Below are positions 29,362 to 38,263 of a DNA stretch of 43,193 bases, piece after piece. The stretch's first letter is position 1, and every line of letters starts with the position of its first letter. Origin of the DNA: Thermotogota bacterium. GTDB taxonomy: Bacteria; Thermotogota; Thermotogae; Petrotogales; Kosmotogaceae. Made by a program: the position numbers and the translations under genes. The stretch covers positions 1 to 43,193 of the forward strand of contig JAYEJL010000115.1 of NCBI GenBank assembly GCA_034660555.1, given 5' to 3'. The notes beneath the pieces were generated by a model, which searched no databases, was not told the DNA's origin, and saw only the letters and a list, made by a program, of their open reading frames with translations.

Positions 29362-30124
29362 ATTTACTCTCTCCCAGATAAGCCTTAATTACTTCATCAT
29401 TCTTTCTAATAGATTCTGGATCTCCCTCTGCAATTTTTACCCCAAAATTCATAACTGTGATTCTATCTGAAATGTCCATGACTACAGACATATCATGTTC
29501 AACTAAAAAAACAGTAATTCCAAATTCACTGGTAAATTTTTTTATCAATTCTTTCAATCTTTTTGCTTCAGATGGATTTAAACCAGCTGCGGGTTCATCA
29601 AGCATAAGTAATCTTGGTTCACTCATTAAGGCTCTACCTATTTCAACCATTTTTTGCAGACCGTACGGTAGCATGCCAGCCAGAGTATTTAATCGATTCT
29701 TGATATTTAACATTTCCGCTACTTCCAGTGCGCGTTCCCATGTAGTACCTTCCTGTTCTTTCGCTTTTTTCCCATTAACAAGCTCAGAAGTGAAAGGATA
29801 ACCAAGTTCCCTGTGATGACCTATTAGTAAATTTTCGCCAACAGTCATCAGTTTAAAGATCTCTAAATTCTGGAATGTTCTCGTGATTCCAGAGTTTATT
29901 ACTTCGTGCGGTTTCAACTTCTTCAGATCAATTCCATCGAAATGCACAGTACCTTCTGTTTCTCGAACAACTCGCGTAATTACATTAAATAACGTAGTTT
30001 TCCCGGCACCATTGGGGCCAATTAAAGAATGGATAATCCCTTCTTCAACATTCATTGAAAAATCCTTTACTGCAACCACTCCACCAAATTTTACAGTAAC
30101 ATTGTTTATTTCAAGCAGGGACAT
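29354..30124 (-). CDS. livG: LivG-type ABC ATPase
   Basis: FGGVVAV, GPNGAGKTT, RTFQN, LDEPAAGLN, VEHDM, VIKAYLG. Confidence 0.95.
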   Translation of the reverse strand: MSLLEINNVTVKFGGVVAVKDFSMNVEEGIIHSLIGPNGAGKTTLFNVITRVVRETEGTVHFDGIDLKKLKPHEVINSGITRTFQNLEIFKLMTVGENLLIGHHRELGYPFTSELVNGKKAKEQEGTTWERALEVAEMLNIKNRLNTLAGMLPYGLQKMVEIGRALMSEPRLLMLDEPAAGLNPSEAKRLKELIKKFTSEFGITVFLVEHDMSVVMDISDRITVMNFGVKIAEGDPESIRKNDEVIKAYLGESKYA

Positions 30125-30141
30125 CTGCACACCTCCAAATC

Positions 30142-30169
30142 AAAAAACCGGGAGGGAGTGACCCCTCCC
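30142..30169 (-). terminator. Intra-operon stem-loop after the binding-protein gene
   Basis: Minus strand GGGAGGG-GTCACT-CCCTCCC-GG-TTTTTT. Confidence 0.75.
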
Positions 30170-30180
30170 AAAAATTCAAA

Positions 30181-31365
30181 TTATTCTGCTACTGATATCC
30201 AATCTGTTATTCCTGTCCAGACACCATCAATTACTTCCATTACATACATATTTCTTAAACCGGTTCTACAATAGGTATCTTCAGGATCATATGGTCTGTA
30301 GGTAAGAGGCGGAGCAATTATACCTGCCCACTCGTCAAAACTCTCAAGTGCATCTAAAAGTTTATCTCTCGTAGGATTCTCGCCAGCTCTCTTTAGTGCT
30401 TCCGTAAATACTTCACCGGCTACAAAACCTGCAGCAGCGTATGCATTTGGGATCTCATCAGGGAATGTTTCCTGATAAATTGATACATATTTCTGATAGT
30501 AATCATCTTCAATATCACCCATAACCCATGCTGTAGCTCTAAAACCTTCCGCTGCTTCTTCACCTGCAAGCTGGACTACATTAGGATCAGCATTAGGATA
30601 GCTTCCTATCATTAATACATCAAGACCATATTCATGAGCTTGTTTTAAGAAATTCGGGCTCTGAGGTAACCACATGGAAAGTACAACTGCATCCACATTC
30701 AACTGCATTAACTTCAGAATTTCATTGTCGAAGGAAGTCTTGTTAACATCGACAGGCATTTTCCCGACCAGTGCGCTTGGATAACCATTTTCATTCAACC
30801 AGTACTTCAAAGCGTCAAATTCATCTCTTCCAGCGTCGTCCGATCTGTAAACGATACCAATTCTTTCCTTGCCAAGTTCTTCAACAAGGTATTTTCCCAT
30901 GATTTGGCCCTCTGTTACATAGTTAGGCTGCACTGTGAAGACATATTCTTTGGGAGGGATTGATAATGTGGTTACTCCACTACCCTGATAAACAAATGGG
31001 ACTTTATTCTCGTTCAAGTAATCCATAACTGCAAGACAACCGGGGGTTCCCAAGCCTCCAACAATTGCAAAAACGTTGTCCTGCTCTACCATTCTTTTTA
31101 CCTCAACTACAGTTTTTGATGGGTTGAATGCATCATCAGCTACAATTAGGTCAATCTGTCTTCCATAAACTCCACCATTGCTATTAACCCAGTTGAAGTA
31201 TGCATCCATACCTTTTCTCATTGAGACACCTATAGGAGCAACAGGTCCCGATAGTGCCTGGAAAGAACCAATTACAACTTTGTCTTCAGAAATACCATTT
31301 GCAGAAAAGGAAAAACTACTGAATATAAAAGCTGTAACAAGTAATACTAAAAGAATCTTTTTCAT
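30181..31365 (-). CDS. LivJ/LivK-fold (PBP1) ABC substrate-binding protein
   Basis: Signal peptide, ALSGPVA, VNSNGGVYGRQI, DDAFNP, VFAIVGGLGTP; GGAGGTG RBS favours ATG 31365. Confidence 0.92.
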   Translation of the reverse strand: MKKILLVLLVTAFIFSSFSFSANGISEDKVVIGSFQALSGPVAPIGVSMRKGMDAYFNWVNSNGGVYGRQIDLIVADDAFNPSKTVVEVKRMVEQDNVFAIVGGLGTPGCLAVMDYLNENKVPFVYQGSGVTTLSIPPKEYVFTVQPNYVTEGQIMGKYLVEELGKERIGIVYRSDDAGRDEFDALKYWLNENGYPSALVGKMPVDVNKTSFDNEILKLMQLNVDAVVLSMWLPQSPNFLKQAHEYGLDVLMIGSYPNADPNVVQLAGEEAAEGFRATAWVMGDIEDDYYQKYVSIYQETFPDEIPNAYAAAGFVAGEVFTEALKRAGENPTRDKLLDALESFDEWAGIIAPPLTYRPYDPEDTYCRTGLRNMYVMEVIDGVWTGITDWISVAE

Positions 31366-31427
31366 ACCATTCACCTCCATTGGGATTTAAAAACTATAGA
31401 TCATTATATATGTAAATATAATTCTCT

Positions 31428-32630
31428 TTATTTCATTCTTTTAATTATGACTGCGGTTCCCATGCCACCACCAATACATAGTGAGGCAAGACCGTATTCA
31501 AGATCTCGTTTTTCCATCTCGTAGAGCAAAGTAACAATTATTCGGTTTCCTGATGCTCCTATTGGGTGACCTAATGCTATTGCTCCACCATTGACATTTG
31601 TCCTTTCAAGTAGCCAATTTTTTGTTACTCCAAATTCTTCTTTAAGCCCTTTGAAAACAGCAAGACTTTGAGCTGCAAAAGCCTCATTTAGTTCAATTAA
31701 TTCCATATCGTGAATTTTCATATTGGCTTTTTCCATAACCTTTTTTATAGCAGGAACAGGTCCATAACCCATGTATGCAGGATCTACACCAGCTTGAGCA
31801 AAAGCCACAAGCTCTGCTTTAGGTTTCAAACTATATTTTTCTACTGCTTCATCGGATGTGATAATCGTTGCACTAGCTCCATCATTTATCCCAGAAGCGT
31901 TACCAGCAGTAACTGTTCCATTTTTTTTGAATGCAGGTCTTAACTTAGCAAGTTTTTCAAGACTGGTATCTCTTGGGTGTTCATCGGTATCAAAAACAAT
32001 TTCTCCTTTTCTTGTTTTTATGACAACATTAGTTATTTCGTCTTTAAATTTGCCGTCTTCTATGGCTTTCTTAGCTCTATTTTGACTTTCTAGTGCAAAC
32101 TCATCCTGTTCTTCTCTGCTTATATTATATTTTTCAGCGAGATTTTCAGCTGTAACTCCCATATGGTAGTTGTTGAATATATCTGTTAAACCATCATAAA
32201 CCATATGATCAACTACTTCACCATTACCAAGTCTATATCCAAATCGGGCTTTAGGTAACATATACGGTGCCATTGACATGTTTTCTGAACCACCTGCAAG
32301 GACTACATTTGCTTCGTTCAAGAGAATATCTGTTGCTCCAACCATCACTGCCTTCATACCTGAACCACATAACATATTCACAGAATAACCTGGTTTTTCT
32401 TGCGGAACTCCACTGTATATGGATATCTGTCTTCCAGGACCCATACCCAATCCAGCGGAAAGAATATTCCCCATTATTGTTTCATCGACGTTTTCAGCAG
32501 GTAGTGACGCATCTTCCAGTGCTGCTTTTGAAGCATTGACTCCGAGTTGAACAGCTGATACATTCTTCAATGTTCCTCCAAATGTCCCTATTGCAGTTCT
32601 TTTTGCTCCAATAATGTAGATCTTTTTCAT
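31428..32630 (-). CDS. atoB: Acetyl-CoA C-acetyltransferase (thiolase II)
   Basis: RTAIGTFGG, NMLCGSG, TAGNASGINDGA, NEAFAAQ, GGAIALGHPIGASG, LCIGGG. Confidence 0.95.
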   Translation of the reverse strand: MKKIYIIGAKRTAIGTFGGTLKNVSAVQLGVNASKAALEDASLPAENVDETIMGNILSAGLGMGPGRQISIYSGVPQEKPGYSVNMLCGSGMKAVMVGATDILLNEANVVLAGGSENMSMAPYMLPKARFGYRLGNGEVVDHMVYDGLTDIFNNYHMGVTAENLAEKYNISREEQDEFALESQNRAKKAIEDGKFKDEITNVVIKTRKGEIVFDTDEHPRDTSLEKLAKLRPAFKKNGTVTAGNASGINDGASATIITSDEAVEKYSLKPKAELVAFAQAGVDPAYMGYGPVPAIKKVMEKANMKIHDMELIELNEAFAAQSLAVFKGLKEEFGVTKNWLLERTNVNGGAIALGHPIGASGNRIIVTLLYEMEKRDLEYGLASLCIGGGMGTAVIIKRMK

Positions 32631-32649
32631 TAATTTACCTCCTTTTTCT

Positions 32650-33954
32650 CTATAAATAGCCTATTTCTTGAGCCTGTTTTTTAAGCTGTTCTCTGAAATC
32701 TGGATGAGCTATTGAAATTAGAGCTTTTACTCTCTGAAAAACATTTAATCCTCTTAGATGTGCTGCGCCAAATTCTGTAACAATATAATCAATATCCTGT
32801 CTTGGAACTGTTACTGGAGAACCTTCAGGTAATTTTGGAACTATTGTTGAAATCGTTCCTTTCTTGGCTGAGGACCTCAGAGCAATAATCCCTTTACCAT
32901 CTTTGGACATGTTAGCTCCTCTATGTGTATCAAGTTGTCCGCCTGTTCCACTGTAATGTTTAGTACCTATTGCTTCAGAACATACCTGTCCGGTGAGGTC
33001 TACTGAAATTGCAGTATTGATTGAAACCATTTTTTCATTTTTCGAGATTATATAAGGATCATTGACATACCTTCCTCTTAACAAGAAGACTCCAGGGTTA
33101 TCTTCTATAAAACGATACATTTTTTCAGTACCAAGAGCAAAGGCACATATAAACTTACCAGGCCATAGTGTTTTCTTTCTATTTGTAATTACCCCCATTT
33201 CAAAAAGATCTATCATGGATTCAGTAAACATTTCTGTGTGAATACCCAGATCTTTCTTACTTTCCAAGAATTTGGCAACAGCGTTTGGAATACCTCCAAT
33301 TCCTATCTGAATGGTAGATCCATCCTCAATGATTTCTGAGATGTGGCCCGCAATTTGCTTCTCAGTTTCTGAAGGCTCTACCACTGGGAGTTCCGGGATA
33401 TGAAAATTGTTTTCGATGATGTAATCAATCTCTGAAATATGTACCTGCGTATCACCATGGGTTTTCGGGGCTTCCTCATTAACTTCCAGAATAACCATAT
33501 CAGCTCCTTCAACCATATCTCTTTCATAAACATTGGACAACGAAAGCGTCATATATCCGTTTTCATCCATGGGAGAAGCAACTCCCCAGAATATATCAGG
33601 AGAATTTGTAGCCAGTCTGTCAGTTGCAGCTGCATGAAGGTTATTTGGTATAAAGGTAACTGTTCTTAACTTCTCACTTGCTGCTTTTCTTACAGGCGGA
33701 GAATAAAACCAAGATTCATTTAAAAACCTTCCCTCATATTCTTTCTTCTGGAAAAATTCATAATCCCGCATATTCAAACAGGTTGCAACATGAACATCCT
33801 TGACACTTTCGTCAATCTTATGTAGATTTTCCAGTAATCCCTTTGCTTCCATGGAAACCATACTGGTAACTATTTTCATCTCACTTTTTATAAGACCGAG
33901 CGCTTCTTCTATTGTCCTTTTTTTGTCTTTATACATTTGTATCCATTTATTCAT
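32650..33954 (-). CDS. Family I CoA-transferase (4-hydroxybutyrate CoA-transferase / acetyl-CoA hydrolase type)
   Basis: IEDGSTIQIGIGGIPNA, DLGIHTEM, VDLTGQV, SGTGGQLD, VTEFG, IAHPDFR. Confidence 0.93.
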   Translation of the reverse strand: MNKWIQMYKDKKRTIEEALGLIKSEMKIVTSMVSMEAKGLLENLHKIDESVKDVHVATCLNMRDYEFFQKKEYEGRFLNESWFYSPPVRKAASEKLRTVTFIPNNLHAAATDRLATNSPDIFWGVASPMDENGYMTLSLSNVYERDMVEGADMVILEVNEEAPKTHGDTQVHISEIDYIIENNFHIPELPVVEPSETEKQIAGHISEIIEDGSTIQIGIGGIPNAVAKFLESKKDLGIHTEMFTESMIDLFEMGVITNRKKTLWPGKFICAFALGTEKMYRFIEDNPGVFLLRGRYVNDPYIISKNEKMVSINTAISVDLTGQVCSEAIGTKHYSGTGGQLDTHRGANMSKDGKGIIALRSSAKKGTISTIVPKLPEGSPVTVPRQDIDYIVTEFGAAHLRGLNVFQRVKALISIAHPDFREQLKKQAQEIGYL

Positions 33955-35120
33955 TGAAATACCTCCAAACCTCTGTTCAAAAGTTTTGCGAGTTTTCGCA
34001 AAGGTCTATTCCATTTTTCGTCTTCTGAATCTGGATAAATTATTAAGTCAAGACCCATGAAGTGACCTATTCCCATCAGAAAAACTCCCAAATCCTCTTT
34101 GTTGTAATGGGCAATTTCGCCTTCCTTTATAGGTTTTTCAAGGGCTCTTGTATAAGAATCAAGTATCTTTTCATAATAATGTTTACCTACTCCATCAACT
34201 ATGAACTCTGATTCTCTAACTATTTCATATAGGTTTCTATGCGCTTTCATAAATAACAAAAATGCTTTGTAATTTCTCATTTCCTGATTAATTCGTCCAT
34301 CAATATTATTTGACGCATTCTTTAGTGCATTTCTAAGATTATGATTTGCCCATAAAACCAGTTCCTTCAATAATTGTGATTTGCTTTCAAAATAAACATA
34401 AAATGTACCCTGAGCATAACCCGCTTGTTTTGTTATTTCATATATCGAAGTGTTAAAGTACCCTTTAGTGCCTATTAATTCCTCCGCAGAAGCCAGCAGA
34501 CGTTCTTTTGTGTTTTCCTTTCTTCTATTCACTGCATTAAGCTTGTATGTTATTACATCCGGATAAAATTCTGTCTTACAATTAAGCCCCCGCATCACAA
34601 ACGTTACAAGATTATCGATAGTTTTTTCGGGGACAGGAGAGTTTCTGAATATTATCCACCAAATTGCTACAAATCGTGTGCTTCCAACAATAAACCATTT
34701 AAACCAGGGTTTTATCTCTCCATCAAAATCGAAATTCTTTTTTAGAGCCTCAATATATGCTCCGTCAACTGCACTTTCAATTTCTCTGAAGCGATATTCC
34801 GCTTCGTGAAATGCCATGAATCTCTTTTTATATTTCCATAGAGTGCTAAATGCATTACTAAAAAAGCTTCTTAAAATTTCTTTTCGATTATTACCCTTTA
34901 CTTTATCCAAAGAAGCTTTAAACTCTTTCATCATGTCATTCGTTATTTCTTTGAATATTTCGGTCTTGTTATCAAAATGCCTATAAAATGTACCGTTGGA
35001 TAATCCTGATTCTCTACAGATAGCAGCAACAGAGGTTTTTTCATAACCATTTCGACTGAACAGTTCTTCAGCTGCTTTTTTTAATATCCGGCGTGTTCTT
35101 TCAGACTTTGAGAGGTTCAA
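33951..35120 (-). CDS. Tandem (double) TetR/AcrR-family regulator
   Basis: Two HTHs (GLSNGTFYRHFDNK; GYAQGTFYVYFESK). GGAGG at 35130-35134 favours TTG 35120, overlapping the upstream TGA. Confidence 0.9.
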   Translation of the reverse strand: MNLSKSERTRRILKKAAEELFSRNGYEKTSVAAICRESGLSNGTFYRHFDNKTEIFKEITNDMMKEFKASLDKVKGNNRKEILRSFFSNAFSTLWKYKKRFMAFHEAEYRFREIESAVDGAYIEALKKNFDFDGEIKPWFKWFIVGSTRFVAIWWIIFRNSPVPEKTIDNLVTFVMRGLNCKTEFYPDVITYKLNAVNRRKENTKERLLASAEELIGTKGYFNTSIYEITKQAGYAQGTFYVYFESKSQLLKELVLWANHNLRNALKNASNNIDGRINQEMRNYKAFLLFMKAHRNLYEIVRESEFIVDGVGKHYYEKILDSYTRALEKPIKEGEIAHYNKEDLGVFLMGIGHFMGLDLIIYPDSEDEKWNRPLRKLAKLLNRGLEVFQ

Positions 35121-35863
35121 ATAGTTAATCCTCCGTTTACTCCAATACACTGTCCTGTTAGATAGGATGATTCATCGGATACTAAGAACATGTAAATATA
35201 AGCAATTTCTTCAGGTTCTCCAAATCTCTTCAAAGGTATCTTTTCTTCAAGTGACTTTATTATTTTTTCGGGAACCTTTTCAGTCATGGGTGTATTTATA
35301 AAACCAGGAGCTACCGCATTTACCCTTATAGCTGCTCCTTTTCTTGTGAATTCCTTAGCCCAGGTCTTTGTCATTGCAATAATGCCACCCTTTGTAGCTG
35401 CATAATTTGTCTGTCCAATATTTCCGAAGACACCTATTATGGAAGATGTGTTAACAATGCTCCCGCTTCCTTGATCTATCATAACGGGAGCAACAAATTG
35501 TGTCATGTTGAATACACCTTTCAAGTTAACGTTTATAACTGCATCCCAATCTTCTTCCTTCATTCGCTTTAGTAAAGCATCTCTTGTTATTCCAGCGTTA
35601 TTGATAAGCCCATCGATTCTTCCGTAATTTTCCTTTATGTGATTTACCATCTGTTCAATTGCACTTCTGTCAGTTACATCAAGCTGCCAGGGTATTATTT
35701 CACCATTACTTTCAGAACATTCTTTCTTTAACTCCTCAAGGCTTTCTTTATTGACATCACACGCAAAAACCTTTGCCCCTTCCTTACAAAATAACCTCGC
35801 TGCAGTTCTACCAATACCTCTGGCAGCACCTGTTATTATTGTGACCTTTCCTTCCAATCTCAT
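35117..35863 (-). CDS. SDR 3-oxoacyl reductase (PhaB acetoacetyl-CoA reductase / FabG-like)
   Basis: TGAARGIG, NNAGITRD, GNIGQTNYAATK, VNAVAPGFI. Confidence 0.93.
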   Translation of the reverse strand: MRLEGKVTIITGAARGIGRTAARLFCKEGAKVFACDVNKESLEELKKECSESNGEIIPWQLDVTDRSAIEQMVNHIKENYGRIDGLINNAGITRDALLKRMKEEDWDAVINVNLKGVFNMTQFVAPVMIDQGSGSIVNTSSIIGVFGNIGQTNYAATKGGIIAMTKTWAKEFTRKGAAIRVNAVAPGFINTPMTEKVPEKIIKSLEEKIPLKRFGEPEEIAYIYMFLVSDESSYLTGQCIGVNGGLTI

Positions 35864-35884
35864 AGTAATAACCTCCTTTTATTA

Positions 35885-36907
35885 TTAATATTTACCCCAT
35901 TTAATTGTTGATGCTGCCCAGACAAATCCCAGGCCTGCACCAACCATAACGATTACTGAACCATCTTTGATCTTTCCAGTTTCTAGTCCGAGTTTTAATG
36001 AAAGAATCTGGTCATTCTGACCTGTATGACCATAATCATCAAGATATATTGACTGATCTTCCTTTAGTCCAAGCTCATCAAGAACAGCAAAATGCGCTGA
36101 TTTTTTGAAGTGAAGAATTGCAAGATAATCAATATCTTCATCATCTTTAAAACCACTCTTTTTTAACGATTCGCGAATAACAGCGTAAAAATTAGGCATT
36201 GTTTTTTCACCCAAACGCTTTTTAAAATCATCCATATCTCCTTCTATATCGAACCAGTATCTCTTTGCATCTTCGGGTTCCATTGGCCATTTTTTTGTTC
36301 CACCCACCGGGACAACACAGTCCTCTGAAAATGATCCATCTCCCTTAAAAGAAGAACTAAGAATAACATTTCTATTCAGGTTCTTTTTCAAAACAGCTGC
36401 TGCACCACCGGCACCAATATCAGCCATGAATGTTGTAGCAGGATTTCCCAGATTTATTAAATCAACATTTCTATACCCGCTAACAAGGAGAACAGTGTTA
36501 ATATCATCATGAGTAATCATAAAACTCTTTGCTGTATCCATTCCTGCCATCATTGATCCACACATTGCTTCCATATCAAATGACCATGCATTCGTTGCAC
36601 CAAGTTCATCAGCTACTTTAAGTCCAGCAAGCCAGCATGGATAATCCTTGTGTTGCGCGCCATTCCAAATAATCAGGTCAATATCTTTGGGATCAACTTT
36701 AGCTTCGTTCAAAGCTTCTTTCGCAGCTTCAAGCCCCATATAACTCGTTGTGTCTTTAGGCCCAGGAATGTATTTCTTTTTAATACCAAACTTTTCTATA
36801 ATAATATTCTCCGGTATACCTGTTTTTTCAGCTATTTCTTTTGCAGTCATGAATTTATCCGGCAAATATGTACCAATTCCTGCTATTCCTACATTCTGTT
36901 CTTTCAA
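35885..36907 (-). CDS. FabH/KAS III-fold enzyme with atypical active site (Cys116, His266, GHTGQND)
   Basis: GIGTYLP, AMCGS, LAILH, YGHTGQND, GAGLGFVWAA; TTG start. Confidence 0.9.
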   Translation of the reverse strand: MKEQNVGIAGIGTYLPDKFMTAKEIAEKTGIPENIIIEKFGIKKKYIPGPKDTTSYMGLEAAKEALNEAKVDPKDIDLIIWNGAQHKDYPCWLAGLKVADELGATNAWSFDMEAMCGSMMAGMDTAKSFMITHDDINTVLLVSGYRNVDLINLGNPATTFMADIGAGGAAAVLKKNLNRNVILSSSFKGDGSFSEDCVVPVGGTKKWPMEPEDAKRYWFDIEGDMDDFKKRLGEKTMPNFYAVIRESLKKSGFKDDEDIDYLAILHFKKSAHFAVLDELGLKEDQSIYLDDYGHTGQNDQILSLKLGLETGKIKDGSVIVMVGAGLGFVWAASTIKWGKY

Positions 36908-36942
36908 CTAAATCAGCTCCAATCAATACAATAATGTAATAG

Positions 36943-36983
36943 ATGATTCATATCTCATAAATGATAAATGAATCACCTCTCAC
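36943..36983 (-). promoter_or_regulatory. Two related 16-bp boxes upstream of the cluster, putative TetR operators
   Basis: ATGATTCATATCTCAT (36943-36958) and ATGAATCACCTCTCAC (36968-36983); each is TGA-N8-TCA. Confidence 0.55.
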
Positions 36984-37252
36984 TTTTAACATACTATATT
37001 TTCTTTTTTTTTGTAAATGCAACTAAATGTAATTTATCGCGCTGAGGAGTGATTAGGTATTTTCAGGAGTGTTTAGAGCTTTAAAGGTCAGTATTTTGAA
37101 AAAAAGATTACTGTTTCTTTCGACATATTTTAAAACTTAAAGAGCAAATAACTTCAAATTTTTCTAATTCTCACATACGCATTCCAATAGTGAATTATTC
37201 TAGCTCTTCATAAAAAAATATGTATATTGATTTATAAAGGATATAGGTAAAA

Positions 37253-38062
37253 CTAATTGTTTTTCAGTACAAAACCTATTACCGCTGTGAGAAATTCTTT
37301 AGGTTTTTCCAGAACCGATGCGTGTCCAGCGTTCTTTATGATTATGTATTCGTTATCAGGAATGCGTTTATGTAGTTCATTTACTTCTTCTAACGGCGTA
37401 ATTATGTCTTTATCAGATGCAAGAAGAAGTGTGGGCGCTGATATCTTGTGAACTTCATCAATAATATTGAATTCAGTATTACTTGAAGCCAATCTTTTAA
37501 ATCCTTCAAACCATTTCTCCGTTAACAGCTTCTTAAATGTTTTCTGTCTCCTCTTTAACCACTCGAGGTTATTGTTATAGAAGTAATCAGAATATATAAA
37601 GGGAATTGCAAGTTTGAAAAATTTCTCTCCATCTCCAGTGTTAGCGGCTTCTTTCCAAGCTTCTCCCAATTCCGACAAGTAACTATTTATTCGGCCTACT
37701 GTGTTGGCCAGTACAAGTGATTGAACCTTTTCGTGATGCTCTATGGCAAAAATCTCAGCTACCTGTCCTCCATACGAGAGACCTAATATATTTATTTTTG
37801 AAAAATCAAGTTTTTCTACCATCTCATTAAGGTCCTCTGAATGAATTTTTATATCGTATTGTTCTTCCATGTAATCTGATTGCCCCTGATCACGAAAATC
37901 TACAAGAACAAGTCTAAAAAATTTTGTGAACTTCTCTATGAAATCTTTCCAGGATAACGTTGACATCATAATTCCATTAAGCACAAACAGCACAGGATTC
38001 TTTTTGTCACCATAAATCTCATAGTAAATTTTTTTGTTATCTCTCATAGTAATCCTTGGCAT
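37253..38062 (-). CDS. Alpha/beta serine hydrolase (enol-lactonase/esterase-like)
   Basis: LNGIMM, DFRDQGQS, GLSYGG, SDKD, NAGHAS. Confidence 0.92.
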   Translation of the reverse strand: MPRITMRDNKKIYYEIYGDKKNPVLFVLNGIMMSTLSWKDFIEKFTKFFRLVLVDFRDQGQSDYMEEQYDIKIHSEDLNEMVEKLDFSKINILGLSYGGQVAEIFAIEHHEKVQSLVLANTVGRINSYLSELGEAWKEAANTGDGEKFFKLAIPFIYSDYFYNNNLEWLKRRQKTFKKLLTEKWFEGFKRLASSNTEFNIIDEVHKISAPTLLLASDKDIITPLEEVNELHKRIPDNEYIIIKNAGHASVLEKPKEFLTAVIGFVLKNN

Positions 38063-38161
38063 ACACTCACCTCATTAATATTCAAAAAACTAAAAACCAT
38101 TTTAGTTAATAATTTCCGTCCATTTTTGTAATTAAAAATTCTTATCTGCATGTTATTATTA

Positions 38162-38205
38162 TTGTGATAAAAGGCTCAATGTTTTCTTTTCAAAGATTAT
38201 CACAA
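38162..38205. promoter_or_regulatory. Inverted repeat TTGTGATAA/TTATCACAA, Rex-like half-sites upstream of PFOR
   Basis: Perfect 9-bp arms at 38162-38170 and 38197-38205. Confidence 0.45.
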
Positions 38206-38263
38206 AGAATTGTTCAATTCAAACGAGGGTAATCTATATATAACTATGAAGAGGAGGGTTAAA

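Noticed and set aside
28775..30161. Long antisense ORFs over livF/livG and similar short ORFs inside other genes
   Set aside because: Shadow frames of well-supported genes, with no independent RBS or motifs.
31428..35863. PHA biosynthesis operon (phaA/phaB)
   Set aside because: No phaC, phasin or phaR in the window; the importer and hydrolases fit catabolism better. phaC elsewhere in the genome cannot be excluded.
38210..38263. Extended ORF-track starts (PFOR 38210, also 421, 12457, 21758, 23076, 28657, 30130, 31380, 35150)
   Set aside because: Shine-Dalgarno position supports the downstream start codon in each case.
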